Shown here in pieces: positions 36,690 through 50,101 of a stretch of 64,000 bases of DNA. The DNA is from Amphiscolops sp. MND2022 (taxonomy: Eukaryota). Under the pieces are notes generated by a model. That model had not been told where the DNA came from. It saw only the letters and a list, made by a program, of their open reading frames with translations, and did no database searches. The DNA is taken from NCBI GenBank assembly GCA_964187785.1, contig OZ076416.1, positions 16,802,001 to 16,866,000 on the forward strand, given 5' to 3'. The translations under genes and the position numbers were made by a program. Each line of letters starts with the position of its first letter. Position 1 is the first letter of the stretch.

Positions 36690-37545
36690 AAAACTCTTGG
36701 ACAACTGCTCCTCTTGCGGATAATTTTGTCAGAGCGACGGAATGGCAAAAGGAAGATACACTTATCTCGCAAGATGGCATGTATGCCCACACTTAGGACA
36801 CAAATTTTGGATCTTGTCCATTTGATGCAACATTAGAAAATTGTGATCAACAAGAGGAGACAGTTGAAGATGAACCTACTTCTCAACCTGAAATATATCG
36901 CCCACCCGACCACAATAATTTTGAAACCAGTGGGGGATCCCAGCAGAACAACCTGCTGCGAATGAAGAAGAACCCCAAATATTCGAAAAATATTCTCCAG
37001 AAAATGAAAATCATGAGCCATACCAGAAACTTCAAGAAATCCAGAAAATTTCCAAGATATCCCTTCCCAAAATTCCCCACAAACTCTCGAAATCAACCCA
37101 GAAATTGATGCACAAAAAGCAGAAGAAATTGTTAAAACAAGAAATGAAAAAAAAACAATTTACGCCCAAACCCCAATCCTATTTACTCAGACTCATACAG
37201 ATATAAAAAGAAAAATAACAAATCTGGAGACTCAAAGACTTCAACTAAATACGACTTTCTCTTGTCTCTTTGCTTCTCTTAACAGTTTCAACATTTTTTT
37301 CTTCTCGGTCTTTCGACAAAAGCGAAAGCCACCTTTTAGTACAAACAAGTAGGCTAGAATATACGAACTGAGGTGTAATCAACCTGGAACGCAAAGGAGA
37401 CGACAAAAAATACATCAAGCATCAAACGGAAACTGGATATAGAATGCGAAAATGGGGCATCAACGGGGGCAGTGACAAAGAACTTGAAAACAGGGTAATT
37501 TCGATACCTCTGGACGTTCAATTGAATCCGAGGTCGAGGTCGTTT
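36690..37545 (+). mobile_element. Gypsy integrase C-terminus plus 3' region, partial copy 1
   Basis: Near-identical to 38490-39240. Ends in a fragment of the antisense gene joined to integrase at 37545/37546. Confidence 0.9.
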
Positions 37546-40500
37546 CGAACATGGGTGACAAAATGCCAATCGTGTATCCAAAATGAACGGATTAACAATG
37601 ACCTTCTTAAAACAGAACTACTTCTTGCCCAGAATGGGATTTGGGCCCAGAAGCATTTTACAAATGGATTTTTCCAAATTTTCCAAATCTCCCACCCAGT
37701 GGCGGATATGACATCATCACAGCAATAGACGTGTTCTCACACTACCTGTTTGCCTATCCTGTCACAAGAATCACTACCCCGCAGTAGCAAGAGGTATTAT
37801 GGACATTTTATGCAAACACACATAACAACCCACAACCATCATCACTGATATGGGGAAACAATTCAACTCACAGGTTACAAAAGAAGTAGCCGCCGTCCTG
37901 AACATAGAACTCAAACATGCCACAACTAAACATGCTCAAACTATTGGACTGTTAGAACGAACACACGCATCAGTCAAAGCGCATCTTGAAGCAGCCACAG
38001 GAGAATTCTGAAATAACTGGCACAAGTTTCTACCTTTGGCAGTTTTAACCCATAACACGATGTACCATGCAACACTCGGATGTGAACCAACACGAGTCTT
38101 CCATGGACGAATCCCGCACATTATCTTGGATTTTAAACTTGGATACAACCCAAATTCCCGCTATCAACCCGAAACTGAGGTAGCAGAAGAAGTCCAGCGG
38201 ATTGCATTACTTCATGACCAAACGAAGAAAAACATAATGCAATCATACCTCAAATATAAAGCGTATTACGATAGGAAAGCAAAAGAGGCACCTCTAGCAA
38301 TAGAGGACTACTGCTTTATCTTGAACCCGAAAGCAGACACTCAAGCATCAAAAATACTTTTCCGCGAATTTCGATGAATTGGCCCATACAAGATCGAGAA
38401 GGTCCTACCGATTAACAACAATGTTGTTCGTAGACTTGGCACAAATAAAACACGACTTCTTCATCGTATTAGATTACGCAAATACAAACCACAGGCTCCT
38501 CTTGCGGATAATTTTGTCAGAGAGACGGAATGGCAAAAGGAAGATACACTTATCTCGCAAGATGGCATGTATGCCCACAATTGGGACACAAGTTTTGGAT
38601 CTTGTCCATTTGATGCAACATTAGAAAATTGTGATCAACAAGAGGAGACAGTTGAAGATGAACCTACTTCTCAACCTGAAATATATCGCCCAGCCGACGA
38701 CAATAATTTTGAAACCAGTGGGGGGATCCCAGCAGAACAACCTGCTGCGAATTAAGAAGAACCCCAAATATTCGAAAAATATGCTCCAGAAAATGAAAAT
38801 CATGAGCCATACCAGAAACTTCAAGAAATCCAGAAAATTTCCAAGATATCCCTTCCCAAAAATCCCCACAAACTCTCGAAATCAACCCAGAAATTGATGC
38901 ACAAAAAGCAGAAGAAATTGTTAAAACAAGAAGTGAAAAAAAAACAATTTACGCCCAAACCCCAATCCTATTTACTCAGACTCATACAGATATAAAAAGA
39001 AAAATAACAAATCTGGAGACTCAAAGACTTCAACTAAATACGACTTTCTCTTGTCTCTTTGCTTCTCTTAACAGTTTCAACATTTTTTTCTTCTCGGTCT
39101 TTCGACAAAAGCGAAAGCCACCTTTTAGTACAAACAAGTAGGCTAGAATATACGAACTGAGGTGTAATCAACCTGGAACGCAAAGGAGACGACAAAAAAT
39201 ACATCAAGCATCAAACGGAAACTGGATATAGAATGCGAAAATGGAGATAAAAACTACAACAAAATAACGTACAGATTGTATGAACCCAGCATTCCGAACC
39301 CAGCATAGAAAGGTATGCAGGATACAGCGGAATCTATGCGGATGATGCAGATTTTAAATAGAAACAGCATGATGCAGAGAGTACAATGCGAGAATAAAGA
39401 AGAAACCTCATGATCGCACTATGATGAATGAATAAAGGGTACAACTAAATGAAGCATACTGTAAGACATCATAACATTACACTAGAAAGAGTTCAGCACA
39501 ACGAAACGGAATTATGCGGGTTTTGTTGATTAACAGCATAACGGAATGATTTTATGCGGTTCCTAGTGGAAATCGGCATAAGGATCGAAGGCATGCAGTT
39601 TTCAGAAAGCAGCAGCATGCTCTAATGCTTTATGCGGTCTTCAGAGAAAAGCAACACGACAAACGTATTCAGGATGTTTTTAAAAGAAAACAGAATGGTA
39701 GAAAGCCCCATGCGGTTTCCAATGCGAAACGGCATAGAGGAACAATCTTATGATGTTTTGAGATAAGAACATCATAACGAAGCAGACCTATGCTAATTTG
39801 GAAGAAAAACAGCAAATGTGGGTTGCCCACTCTGATTCAAGAAAACAACCTAATCGAAAAATTTTGTGCGGTTTTCAACAAAAGCAGTTTGCTGAAATAC
39901 GGAAGAATCAGAATAAAAGTGTGCAGATTATGCGGAATAGCAAAGTGAAACTGATAAGAGGTACGACGGTAACTTATGACGCATTATGACGTTTTCTTAA
40001 AACAGTACAAGACGGAAACGTGACGGTATAGATAACCTTCCAGCTACCAAAACTCAGGAAAATGAAAAATACAAGGAAGTCGACAAACCTAATAAACCAA
40101 CCTTAGGTAACTCAGGAAAATTGTTAAGCCATGCAGCTTCCAAAGCGGTTCTCATCTTCATCAGTAGGAAATGAAGTATGCTGTGGTAGTCAAATCTATC
40201 CAGAATTTTGACTGTGGGTCCAGCTGAATTCTTGTATAAATCATCGTGAACAAAGATAGGAACGACCTAGATTGGAGGGATCTGATTTAACTTTAACAAA
40301 AGCAGTTGAAAACGTTTCCGGACCAAAATCTGATGACGACACGAACGTGACCATCTAAGGTTTGAAGTTGTAGTAAACCTTGCCCGGACTGACTGATTGA
40401 AGCAATAGAGTAGGTGAGCAATCCGCGGAACATGTAGACCAAGATTCCCCATTGAACAAAATAACATTCAGAAATGGCTAGAGTTGGTATAGTAACCTCA

Positions 40501-41071
40501 AAACTTAAAAACACTTACAAAAACTCGTTCAGGAATCCTATTGAATTGTGGCGCTTTTGTGGGTCCTCGAACATCCAAATTGAAATTAGTCCAAAGTGAA
40601 ATCAGGACTTCAGATTCTCCACCATGTTGAAGGCCAGTTAGCAGGATACCAACTTGGGAGCAAAAGACAGCGGATGGATCCAGGCTGTCAGTGTCAACAT
40701 GCAATTCTCTTTGTCCTAGTTACAGGTAGCATTCACAAAGGACGGGAGCAATGGGGAAGGTTAATTCTGCTTTCTCTCGAGCCTCATCCAAAAAGGGGGC
40801 CAACTAACTCCTGTTCGTCACGTCCGTATAGACGCAGTCCTGGGGTCTCCATCCTGATCATATGCTTCCGGATCAAGTGCGCGTTGGTTCTATAATGCGA
40901 CAAAATCTCGAGTGAATTTTTTGTCTTGAGGGAAAACTCAATGTGGCATGGCCTGCAACGCCATTTGTGGGGGTCCCTGTCAGCATCAACGGGGGCAGTG
41001 ACAAAGAACTTGAAAACAGGGTGTTTTCGATAAATCTGGACGTTCAATTGAATCCGAGGTCGAGGTCGTTT
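37546..41071 (+). mobile_element. Tandem unit 2: integrase core and C-terminus, 3' region, truncated antisense ZnF gene
   Basis: WVTKCQSC, DVFSHYLFAYP, ERTHASVK, HGRIP and IGPYK motifs with frameshifts. On the minus strand WRCRPC...HYRTNAH (40877-40957). Confidence 0.9.
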
Positions 41072-42489
41072 CGAACATGGGTGACAAAATGCCAATCGTG
41101 TATCCAAAAAAATGGAATAACAATGACCTTCTTAAAACAGAACTTTTTGCCCGGAATGGGATTTGGGCCCAGAAGCAATATACAAATGGATATCCTTCCA
41201 AATCTCCCACCCAGTGGCGGATATGACATCATCACAGCAATTGACGTGTTCTCACGCTACCTGTTTGCCTATCCCGTCACAAGAATCACTACCCCGCAGT
41301 AGCAAAAGGTATTATGGACATTTTATGCAAACACACATAACAACCCACAACGATCATCACTGATATGGGGAAACATTTCAACTCACAGGTTACAAAAGAA
41401 GTAGCCGCCGTCCTGAACATAGAACATGCTCAAACAATTGGACTGTTCGAACGAACACACGCATCAGTCAAAGCGCATCTTAAAGCAGCCACAGGAGAAT
41501 TCTGAAATAACTGGCACAAGTTTCTACCTTTGGCAGTTTTAACCCATAACACGATGTACCATGCAACACTCGGATGTGAACCAACACAAGTCTTCCATGG
41601 ACGAGTCCCGCACATTATCTTGGATTTTAAACTTGGGTTCAACCCAAATTCCCGCTATCAACCCGAAACTGAGGTAGCAGAAGAAGTCCAGCGGATTGCA
41701 TTACTTCATGACCAAACGAAGAAAAACATAATGCAATCATACCTCAAATATAAAGCGTATTACGATAGGAAAGCAAAAGAGGCACCTCTAGCAATAGAGG
41801 ACTACTGCTTTATCTTGAACCCGAAAGCAGACACTCAAGCATCAAAAATACTTTTCCGCGAATTTCGATGGATTGGCCCATACAAGGTCGAGAAGGTCCT
41901 ATCGATTAACAACAATGTTGTTCGTAGACTTGGCACAAATAAAACACGACTTCTTCATCGTATTAGATTACGCAAATACAAACCACAGGCTCCTCTTGCG
42001 GATAATTTTGTCAGAGAGACGGAATGGCAAAAGGAAGATACACTTATCTCGCAAGATGGCATGTATGCCCACAATTGGGACACAAATTTTGGATCTTGTC
42101 CGTGTGATGCTACATTAGAAAATTGTGATCAACAAGAGGATACAGTTGAATATGAACCTACTTCTCAACCTGAAATATATCGCCCACCCGACGACAATAA
42201 TTTTAAAAACAGTGGGGGGATCCCAGCAGAACAACCAGCTGCGAATGAAGAAGAACACCAAATAATCGAAAAACATTCTCCAGAAAATGAAAATCATGAG
42301 CCCATACCAGAAACTTCAGGAAATCCAGAAAATTCCCAAGATATCCCTTCCCAAAATTCCCCACAAACTCCGGAAAACAACCCAGAAATTGATGCACAAG
42401 AAGCAGGAGAAATTGTTAATACAAGAAGTGAAAAATACAATTTACGCCCAGACCCCAAACATAACTACTCAGTTTCATACAGATCTTAA
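41072..42489 (+). mobile_element. Tandem unit 3: Gypsy integrase
   Basis: QMDILPNLPPSGGYDIITAIDVFSRYLFAYP; ORF 41530-42489 with FRWIGPYKVEKVL (GPY/F-type motif). Confidence 0.92.
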
Positions 42490-42941
42490 AAGAAAAAAAC
42501 AAATCTGGAGACTCAAAGACTTCAACTAAATACGACTTTTCCTTGTCTCTTTGCTTCTCTTAACAGTTTCATCATTTTTTCTTCTCGGTCTTTCGACAAA
42601 AGCGAAAGCCACCTTTTAGTACAAACAAGTAGGCTAGAAAATACGAACTCAGGTGTAATCAACTTGGAACGCAAAGGAGACGACAAAGAATACATCAAGC
42701 ATCAAACGGAAACTGGATTTAGAATGAGAAAATGGATAAATTTTACAGCAAAATAACGTACAGATTTTACGAACCCAGCATTCCGAAACCAGCATAGAAG
42801 GTATGCAGGATACAGCGTAATCTATGCGGATGATGCAGATCTTAAATAGAAAGAGCATGAGGCAGAGAGTACAATGCGAGAATAAAAGTGTGCAGATTAT
42901 GCTAAATAGCAAAGTGAAATGATAAAAGGTACGACGGTAAC

Positions 42942-44944
42942 TTATGACGCAATATGACGTTTTCTTAAAACAGCACAAGACAGAAACGTGACGGTATACA
43001 TAACCTTCCAGCTACCAAAACTCAGAAAAAGGAAAAATATGAAGAAAATCGACAAACCTAATAAACCAACCTTACGTAACTCAGGAAAATTGTTAAGCCA
43101 CGCAGATTCCAAAGCGGTTCTCAGCTTCATCAGTAGGAAATAAAGTATGCTGTGGTAGTCAAATCTATCCAGAATCTTGACTGTGGGTCCAGCTAAAACC
43201 TTGTATAAATCATCGTGACCAAAGTTAGGAACGACGCAAATTGGAGGGATCTGATAAAACTCAGTAGACAGAGTTTCAGCTGAACGTGCATCAAACCCAA
43301 GGAGAGAATAGGCCGGAGGTGGTTTACTAGGCACAGAAAGATAAGAAGAGACCACCTGAAGAGCCTTCTTAGCGGACAATTGGGCTTTCGGAATTTCAGC
43401 AAGGCAAAAGCATCTTGACAATCTAAGGTTTGAAGTTGTAGTGAACACTGCCCGGACTGACTGATAGAAGCAATAGAGTAGGTGAGCAATCCAAGAAACA
43501 CGTAGACCAGGATTCTCCATTGAACAAAATAACATTCAGAAATGGCTAGAGTTGGTATAGTAACCTCAAAACTTAAAAACACTTACAAAAACTCGTTCAG
43601 GATTCCGATTGAATTGTGGCACTTTTGTGGGTCCTCGAACATCCAAATTGAAATTAGTCCAAAGTGAAATCAGGACTTCAGACTCTCCACCGTGTTGAAG
43701 GCCAGTTAGCAGGATACCAACTTGGGAGCAAATGACAGCGGATGGATCCAGGATGTCAGTGTTAACAGGCAATTCTGTTTGTCCTAGTAACAAGTAGCAT
43801 TCACAAAGGACGGGAGCAATGGGGAAGGTTAATTCTGCTTTCTCTCGAGCCTCATCCAATGGGCGGGGCCAACTAACTCCTGTTCGTCACGTCCATATAG
43901 AGGCAGTCCTGGGGTCTCCATTCTGATCAAATGCTCCCGGATCAAGTGGGCGTCAGTTCTATAATGCGACAAAATCTCGAGTGAACCTTTTGTCTTGAGG
44001 GACAACTCAATGTGGCATAGCCTGCAACGCCATTTGTGAGGGTCCCTGTCAGCATCAACGGGGGCAGTGACAAAGAACTTGAAAACAGGGTGTTTTCGAT
44101 ACATCTGGACGTTCAATTGAATCCGAGGTCGAGGTCGTTTCTGGGCTCCGCTGCGATCGTCTGAAGAAGCTGGTTGTATCACCCTCCGTTTAGCCCTGAC
44201 TGGGTTTCTCCTTAGTTTCTTTCTGCCTGTGTGAAGAGCGAGGTACTCTCAGAAGCTCCTAGGGTCACCCTTGCAGCCAATGAACCACTCGTTGCTCCAT
44301 GAGACTCAGGCTCATGATTGTCAATAGGAGGTCCCGTTTGTGGTTGAGGGAGAGTTTCCATCAGTTTAGAATTAATCGCAGTTGTAGTCCCAGTGACCAC
44401 CACCCTGATTCTCCTCTCTAGTGCAAGTAAATCCGAATTTGTAGCGTAACTGCTACTTTGCTAGACGAATTCATTAGTCACTTCGCTATTGACGACTGGA
44501 GTTTCTTTGGTCTCGACTGCGTCGCCGGATTGCCGCGGGTCAGTCAGGAAGACAGAAAAAGGAAAACCATGAGAATTGTCAGCTGATCATTTGGCGGTAT
44601 TTTTGGTACCCGAAGTTCCATTATGTCGACAGTTTCTTGGAAATTGTCATCAGGGGCGGCCAATGTTTCTGACTTTTCTTCTGGTAGGTTTGAAATTTCG
44701 ACCTCAGGAGGAAGCAAGAGACTGGCACGGCCTATCAGAGAAGGGGCTGTTTATTCGACGGAATTCATACTTCTATCGAAAGAGTGTTTGATGTCGTCTA
44801 AATCGGTTGCGGGCTCTAACCCTTCGGGTAACTCTGCGATGCGTTCTGGAGTTAATTGGTAACAAGGACCTTCAAAAGGAATGGGTAACGCGAAACCAGA
44901 GGAAGAAGATTGGCTTGAAAGATAAACGTGTGAATCGGAAGGGA
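42942..44944 (-). pseudogene. Antisense accessory zinc-finger gene of the Gypsy element (most complete copy)
   Basis: Chain of minus-strand ORFs 44751-45026, 44212-44403, 43829-44182, 43566-43859, 42942-43535. Finger CRLC-x16-HYRTDAH at 43946-44026. GTAAGT donor at 43586 where the frame changes. Confidence 0.75.
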
Positions 44945-46565
44945 CTAAAACACAAGAGTAATCGGAAATTGCAAGAAAAAATTGGAAATGGAAGTTATTT
45001 GAGCGAAAATGTGAGAACATGATCAATTCTCACTTTAAACACAAGGGTTAACTCTAAATATTTGTTCACCAATCGCTACAGGAAACCCCAAAATGGATCT
45101 GCGGTTGTTTTGGTGGAAAATGAAAACCTGTTCATGACTTCAAACAGGAAATCCGAAAAAAAAGACGATCTGTTCCCGATTTGTAACAAAAAAGGTCAAG
45201 CTCTAACTTAAATAAATGTGGAGTCCAACGAAAATACAGAAAACGTTTTCTTTTACTAGAAGCCAATCGGAAATATTTGGAAAAACAGATCTTGTATTGA
45301 CGTTTCTGGCTCCCTGTTCTTCTCAGACATCGCTCCTCGTGAATTAACTATAACGAAAATTGCCGGAAAGGGAATATTGACTGATGAATGAGATCTGTGA
45401 AAACGATTGCTGTTAGAAGTCCTGGACAATGGATGAGTTATGATGACGCGACTTGATATAAAGAACGAGACAAACGGCAAAGAACAAAGGGATATAAATC
45501 CAGGATTCGCTAGAAACAACGAGATCAACAAATAAGTTCGAGGAAAGGGGAATGAAGTAAACAATGGGAAAGGAGAAACTGAGAAATGATGTGAAACTGT
45601 GAAGAAGCTAAGAACAAGAAGACTATGGATTAATGACGATGCTTGTTTAAATTGGAAATTTCCAGTGGAAAAGAAAGATGATGGAAGTCGTGGCGTTTAC
45701 AAAAGGCCGAAAAAGCAAATAATAGATGCTGGTTTGCGAAGTTTGCAACAAATCTCGATTCTGATTGGCTAATAAATGCGCAAAGTTTGGAAATATCTGC
45801 CAGTATGACCAAACAGTGTATGAGTATGCTTACATGTAAGCGAAGGCCGGTTGTGCAAATATCGAGCAAAACAGCGTGAGTGTAAAGAGAAGCGTGAATG
45901 AAATTATGCAGAAAGTGTGATGAAACAGCATAATTGCGTGGTATATTATGCCGTAAATGGGAATGAAGACTGCACAATGACAAAGAGTAACGGGGAACAA
46001 AGAATAATGAAATATGCTAACAGTGTTGTTGAGTGAAAAGATGATGCAGTATGATGTTTTTAGTGAACACCATATGATGAAGATTACTACTAGAAGTGCC
46101 GTATTAGATATTATACGTTGACAGATATGTGAAATGAAACCCATGAACGGAAAATAATGAGGAGTACTATGAGGTGTGAAAACTTTCACTTTATAAACCT
46201 GAAAAAAACCCGTGAAATATTTGATTACGAATAATTAAAACTGATCTGACAAAAATGGAGAGGCAGAAATCAAATCATTAGAAAATCGAAGATAAAATCA
46301 CAAGTTTGATTAAAAAATAATGATTATAGCGGTGCTTTATCTCTTAGATTTTACGATGATTTGCCCGTGGAATCGGGAAAACGAGTAATTCAAGAAATGT
46401 TTTGATGTAATTTATAGGAAAGCTTCACCTTTTAGGTCTAGATCTCGATAAAAACAGCTGGTTGCTTAATTCCAATTTCTTCAGTTCAACTGCTACCCTG
46501 ATAGCTTAACATTTTTGATCTTTTCTCACCGTCTCTAAATATTGAAGCAAACCATCAAATAAAAC

Positions 46566-47526
46566 ATGAACAATACACCCGTGGAAAGGAACAGCAACAT
46601 GACCACCACCATGGTCACAAGCCCTACTTTGGAGCTGGTAAATATTTCAAGCAGTTCGGGAGAAGAATTTAGGGTGGAGTCCTACTCTCTACCAGAATTA
46701 GAAGATAGATTCAGGATACCTCACTCTGATTTGATTGACCTACCAACAGCCTTTGTGAGTGCAACTGGGGTAGTTCTGTTTGCACGAGACAATGAGATGG
46801 GAAACGACTCAGAACATCAAGTTGATACGAGGGGGTCGGCCATTGAGAATAATCTCATGGACTTACTGGACGATGCCATAGATGTGTCCCCACTCACGTT
46901 CATTTGCTCGTCAGAAGACGAAACGGACCCATTTCTCGATGCAAACTTTTGTGAACGTGGAGAGATATTCTTATGGGCGGCCAATACAACGTGTACCACC
47001 TACCCCTGGACAACAAGCAATGATCAGACCGATTGTAAACCCTCCAACAATTTCGAGCAGCACGAGTGCTTTCACTGCGGTTATGCCCACAGTACAAAGA
47101 CCACAGGAACCTGCAGCGCGTCCGTTTCCTCAGGCGAACCATTTACCCATGCCGGTTCCTTTTTATCCAAATAGTTGGAGTAATGAGGGCTACAGCCAGG
47201 TAGACTTCAACATGCAAATGAATCAAAGGCAGCAGGGTTTTCAAGGCGGCCCCGCGAATAGTCAACCGACCCTTCAGATGAACCCATCAGTAAGGACTGA
47301 AGTGGCTGGCTATTGTCCCGGGTGCAATAAGACATACGATCAAATAGCTGTTGAGACGCTGACCGATTATATAGCTTGGTCGGAGTACCAAGACGAAAGG
47401 ATCCGTGATCGTAATGTGAGGTCCCGGGCATTTATAGATGGATTTGGTGCGGCGGTAATCTGCTTCAAAAATGCTGGACTGTCAGTAAGCTACCCTTGCG
47501 AGATGTGCGGGGTGCAACATCGCTGA
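46566..47526 (+). pseudogene. Sense accessory ORF-X (two overlapping ORFs, one frameshift)
   Basis: Acidic then Pro/Gln-rich region, ending CPGCNKTYDQIAVE...SEYQDE...RSRAFIDGFG...YPCEMC. Confidence 0.65.
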
Positions 47527-48367
47527 ACAGATTAACCCCCTGCACCCAATCACGAATGACCCAGGAGTACACAGGAGCTGACACTCATGTTCATATCGAA
47601 TACGTATTCAGTTGAATATTGTATTCTGTGTTTTATTTGGAGCCGAAGATTTCGGCAATATGCGTAAATGTTAAGGTTTGTTGTTGTGTTAACTTTGTTG
47701 CCTGTTTTGTTGATGATTGACTTTTAAAAAAAGAAAAATGCGTGAATCAATTGAAAGATAATGAAGGAGAAACGTGACCGTTGCCTGAAATGAACCCATT
47801 TTTATTTTATTGCACGAATTAGTGATATGAGGCCATGATTGATGCATTTATTTTTCCCTGTAATACTAGAGCACATATTCCGTAACTATGCAGAAAACAT
47901 TTGAAACCAGTATAATGACACGATCAGGATGCAACATAACGAACATACACATTGTGCTTACAATATATACTGTATTATGCAGTTTGCATAAAACTGTATA
48001 TACGGGTTTATTAGAAAGCAGCATATTGACTACACGTTTGTTCAAACATACACTCCACGTCACAGTATGCGGAAATTCTACGAAAACAGCACGACGACCT
48101 TAAATGAAAACAGCGCAATGATCACTCACACTGGTGCTCACATATTATGATGTATTATATGGCCTATGCGGAAACTTCAGAAAAACAGTATGATTAAAAG
48201 TGAAAACAGATTAATTAATATATGTGCGGCGGCGCTGTATATACTGCAATATGCCGTTTTCATCAGACAGTATATGCGGATTTATAACAACAAACAGAAT
48301 AATTTGCATATTATGCCTCGATAATCCTCAGTTAATACAGTGCTAAATTTAGACTTTCTAGGGGTAA

Positions 48368-49225
48368 TGATGTATTCTTAATTTTTGACCCTAGAAATAT
48401 GACGTTATGATGATTTGGATAAAACTGATGGTCATGCTTCTAAAAATACCATACAGTGGAATCTTTTGAAGAAACCCTTAAAAAATCATTTTATAACGAG
48501 CATTCAACAAAAATCTCACATACAGCACAGTCACCCAATTTCAGAAACAACTCACGATCCCCAAACTATGCAGTTTTCTTTCTCTAAAAAGACAACTTCT
48601 ACATTTTCATTTCACCCAAATATCTTAAATATCTTTGTAATTCAAAGATTTTAGCACACATCACTGTTTTCATCATGGGAAACAAGAGAAATAGACGTTC
48701 AAGGAGAGTAGAATCTCAGTCATCAGACAGAGACGAAAATGCTTCAGAAACAAGCTTCGCTCAAGGTAATGCGATTTTAGTTGATGTTTTCAAAAATGTT
48801 AATAACGTTTTTGACAGGAACCTAGGTAGCGAACTAACAGCCTTCGCAAATCAGTGACGAGATAGAAGTAATATCCCAGAGATTGTCTGAACAAAACAGT
48901 CACAAAATGACGCAAATTGAACAACAGCTGAATAGCAAGCTCGAGGAGATACTTAAGAAATTAAAACAAATAGAGAAAGCATTTGATAAATGATGAAGCG
49001 GATGCCGAGAACAACAGGCCGAATACTTCAACTTCAGAAAATAAACATCTCAATAGAAAACACGCTCAAACAGTGAAATCGATAGAGACAGAAATCAGGA
49101 TAATCGCTTCCAGTCCTCAGAAAAGTATGAACTAAGGCAACCGTCAACCCCTTTTGGAGTTGCAAATGAAACCTTAGAAGATACAATTATAATAAGCGAA
49201 AACAGACAGGAAGCCGATTATCACA
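48368..49225 (+). repeat. LTR (start tentative) containing Gag start MGNKRNRR at 48675
   Basis: Ends GCCGATTATCACA at 49225. The same end recurs at 50101 followed by unrelated DNA. AGGGG lies just upstream of the tentative start. Confidence 0.65.
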
Positions 49226-50101
49226 TGGTGAGAGGACCTACCAAGAACATCCTGAGACAAAGCTCCACTAACTCTAATAAAACAAATACACTTGGACAAC
49301 ACGCAGGACTTCTTCTCGAGCATCCTGAGCCAACTGACACTGTAAGTCAAATTGCCCAAGCCAATGAGAAACTCGCACGAAAGAACACAGATCCCTCACT
49401 TTTTCACCCGAAAAACATCCTGACCTTTAATGGTAAACTAGAGAAAAACGAGAAGTTCGAGTACTTTGAAGATCTTTTCCATACAACACTTAAAATGCAG
49501 CCACATCTCACCGAAGAGATGAAAATCAACCATTTCCACGCCCATCTCAGAGGGCTAGCATTAAAAACCTTCAAGAACATACAACGAACCCCCACGACCA
49601 CACTTGATGACATTTTAAATGGTCTTCCGCAGAAAATACGTTAAGCCTGAATCTAACGCTCCGGCAAAACACAAATTCAATAGGTTTATTTTCCAACCTG
49701 AAAAACAGAAACTATCCGATTTTCTTGAAAACCTACAAGAAAGCGCGGAAAAAGCATTTGGGGAAGCAGCACCTCAGATGATTGAAAATCTGATATACGC
49801 AAAAATGCCTCCTCATTTTAAAAAGTCAATAAACCAGGCGTACCTCGAAAATGGTACATATGAACAAATTGTACGACACTTAGAACGAGAAATGGAGCTC
49901 AATGGACTCGAAGCAGATGAGCCTCTTGTAAAAACGCAAATGACTGTTGTCAAACAACAATCTAGCGCACAAAACACTAAAACAACGTCACAAAATCGAA
50001 ATCTATGAACTAAGGCAACCGTCAACCCCTTTTGGAGTTGCAAATGAAACCTTAAAAGATACAATTATAATAAACGAGAAGACAGGAAGCCGATTATCAC
50101 A
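49226..50101 (+). mobile_element. PBS (TGGTGAGAGGACC) plus partial gag plus 98-bp 3' LTR end: internally deleted Gypsy
   Basis: EKFEYFEDLFHTTLKMQPHLTEEMKINHFH and YAKMPPHFKKSINQAYLENG. 50004-50101 repeats 49126-49225. Confidence 0.88.
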
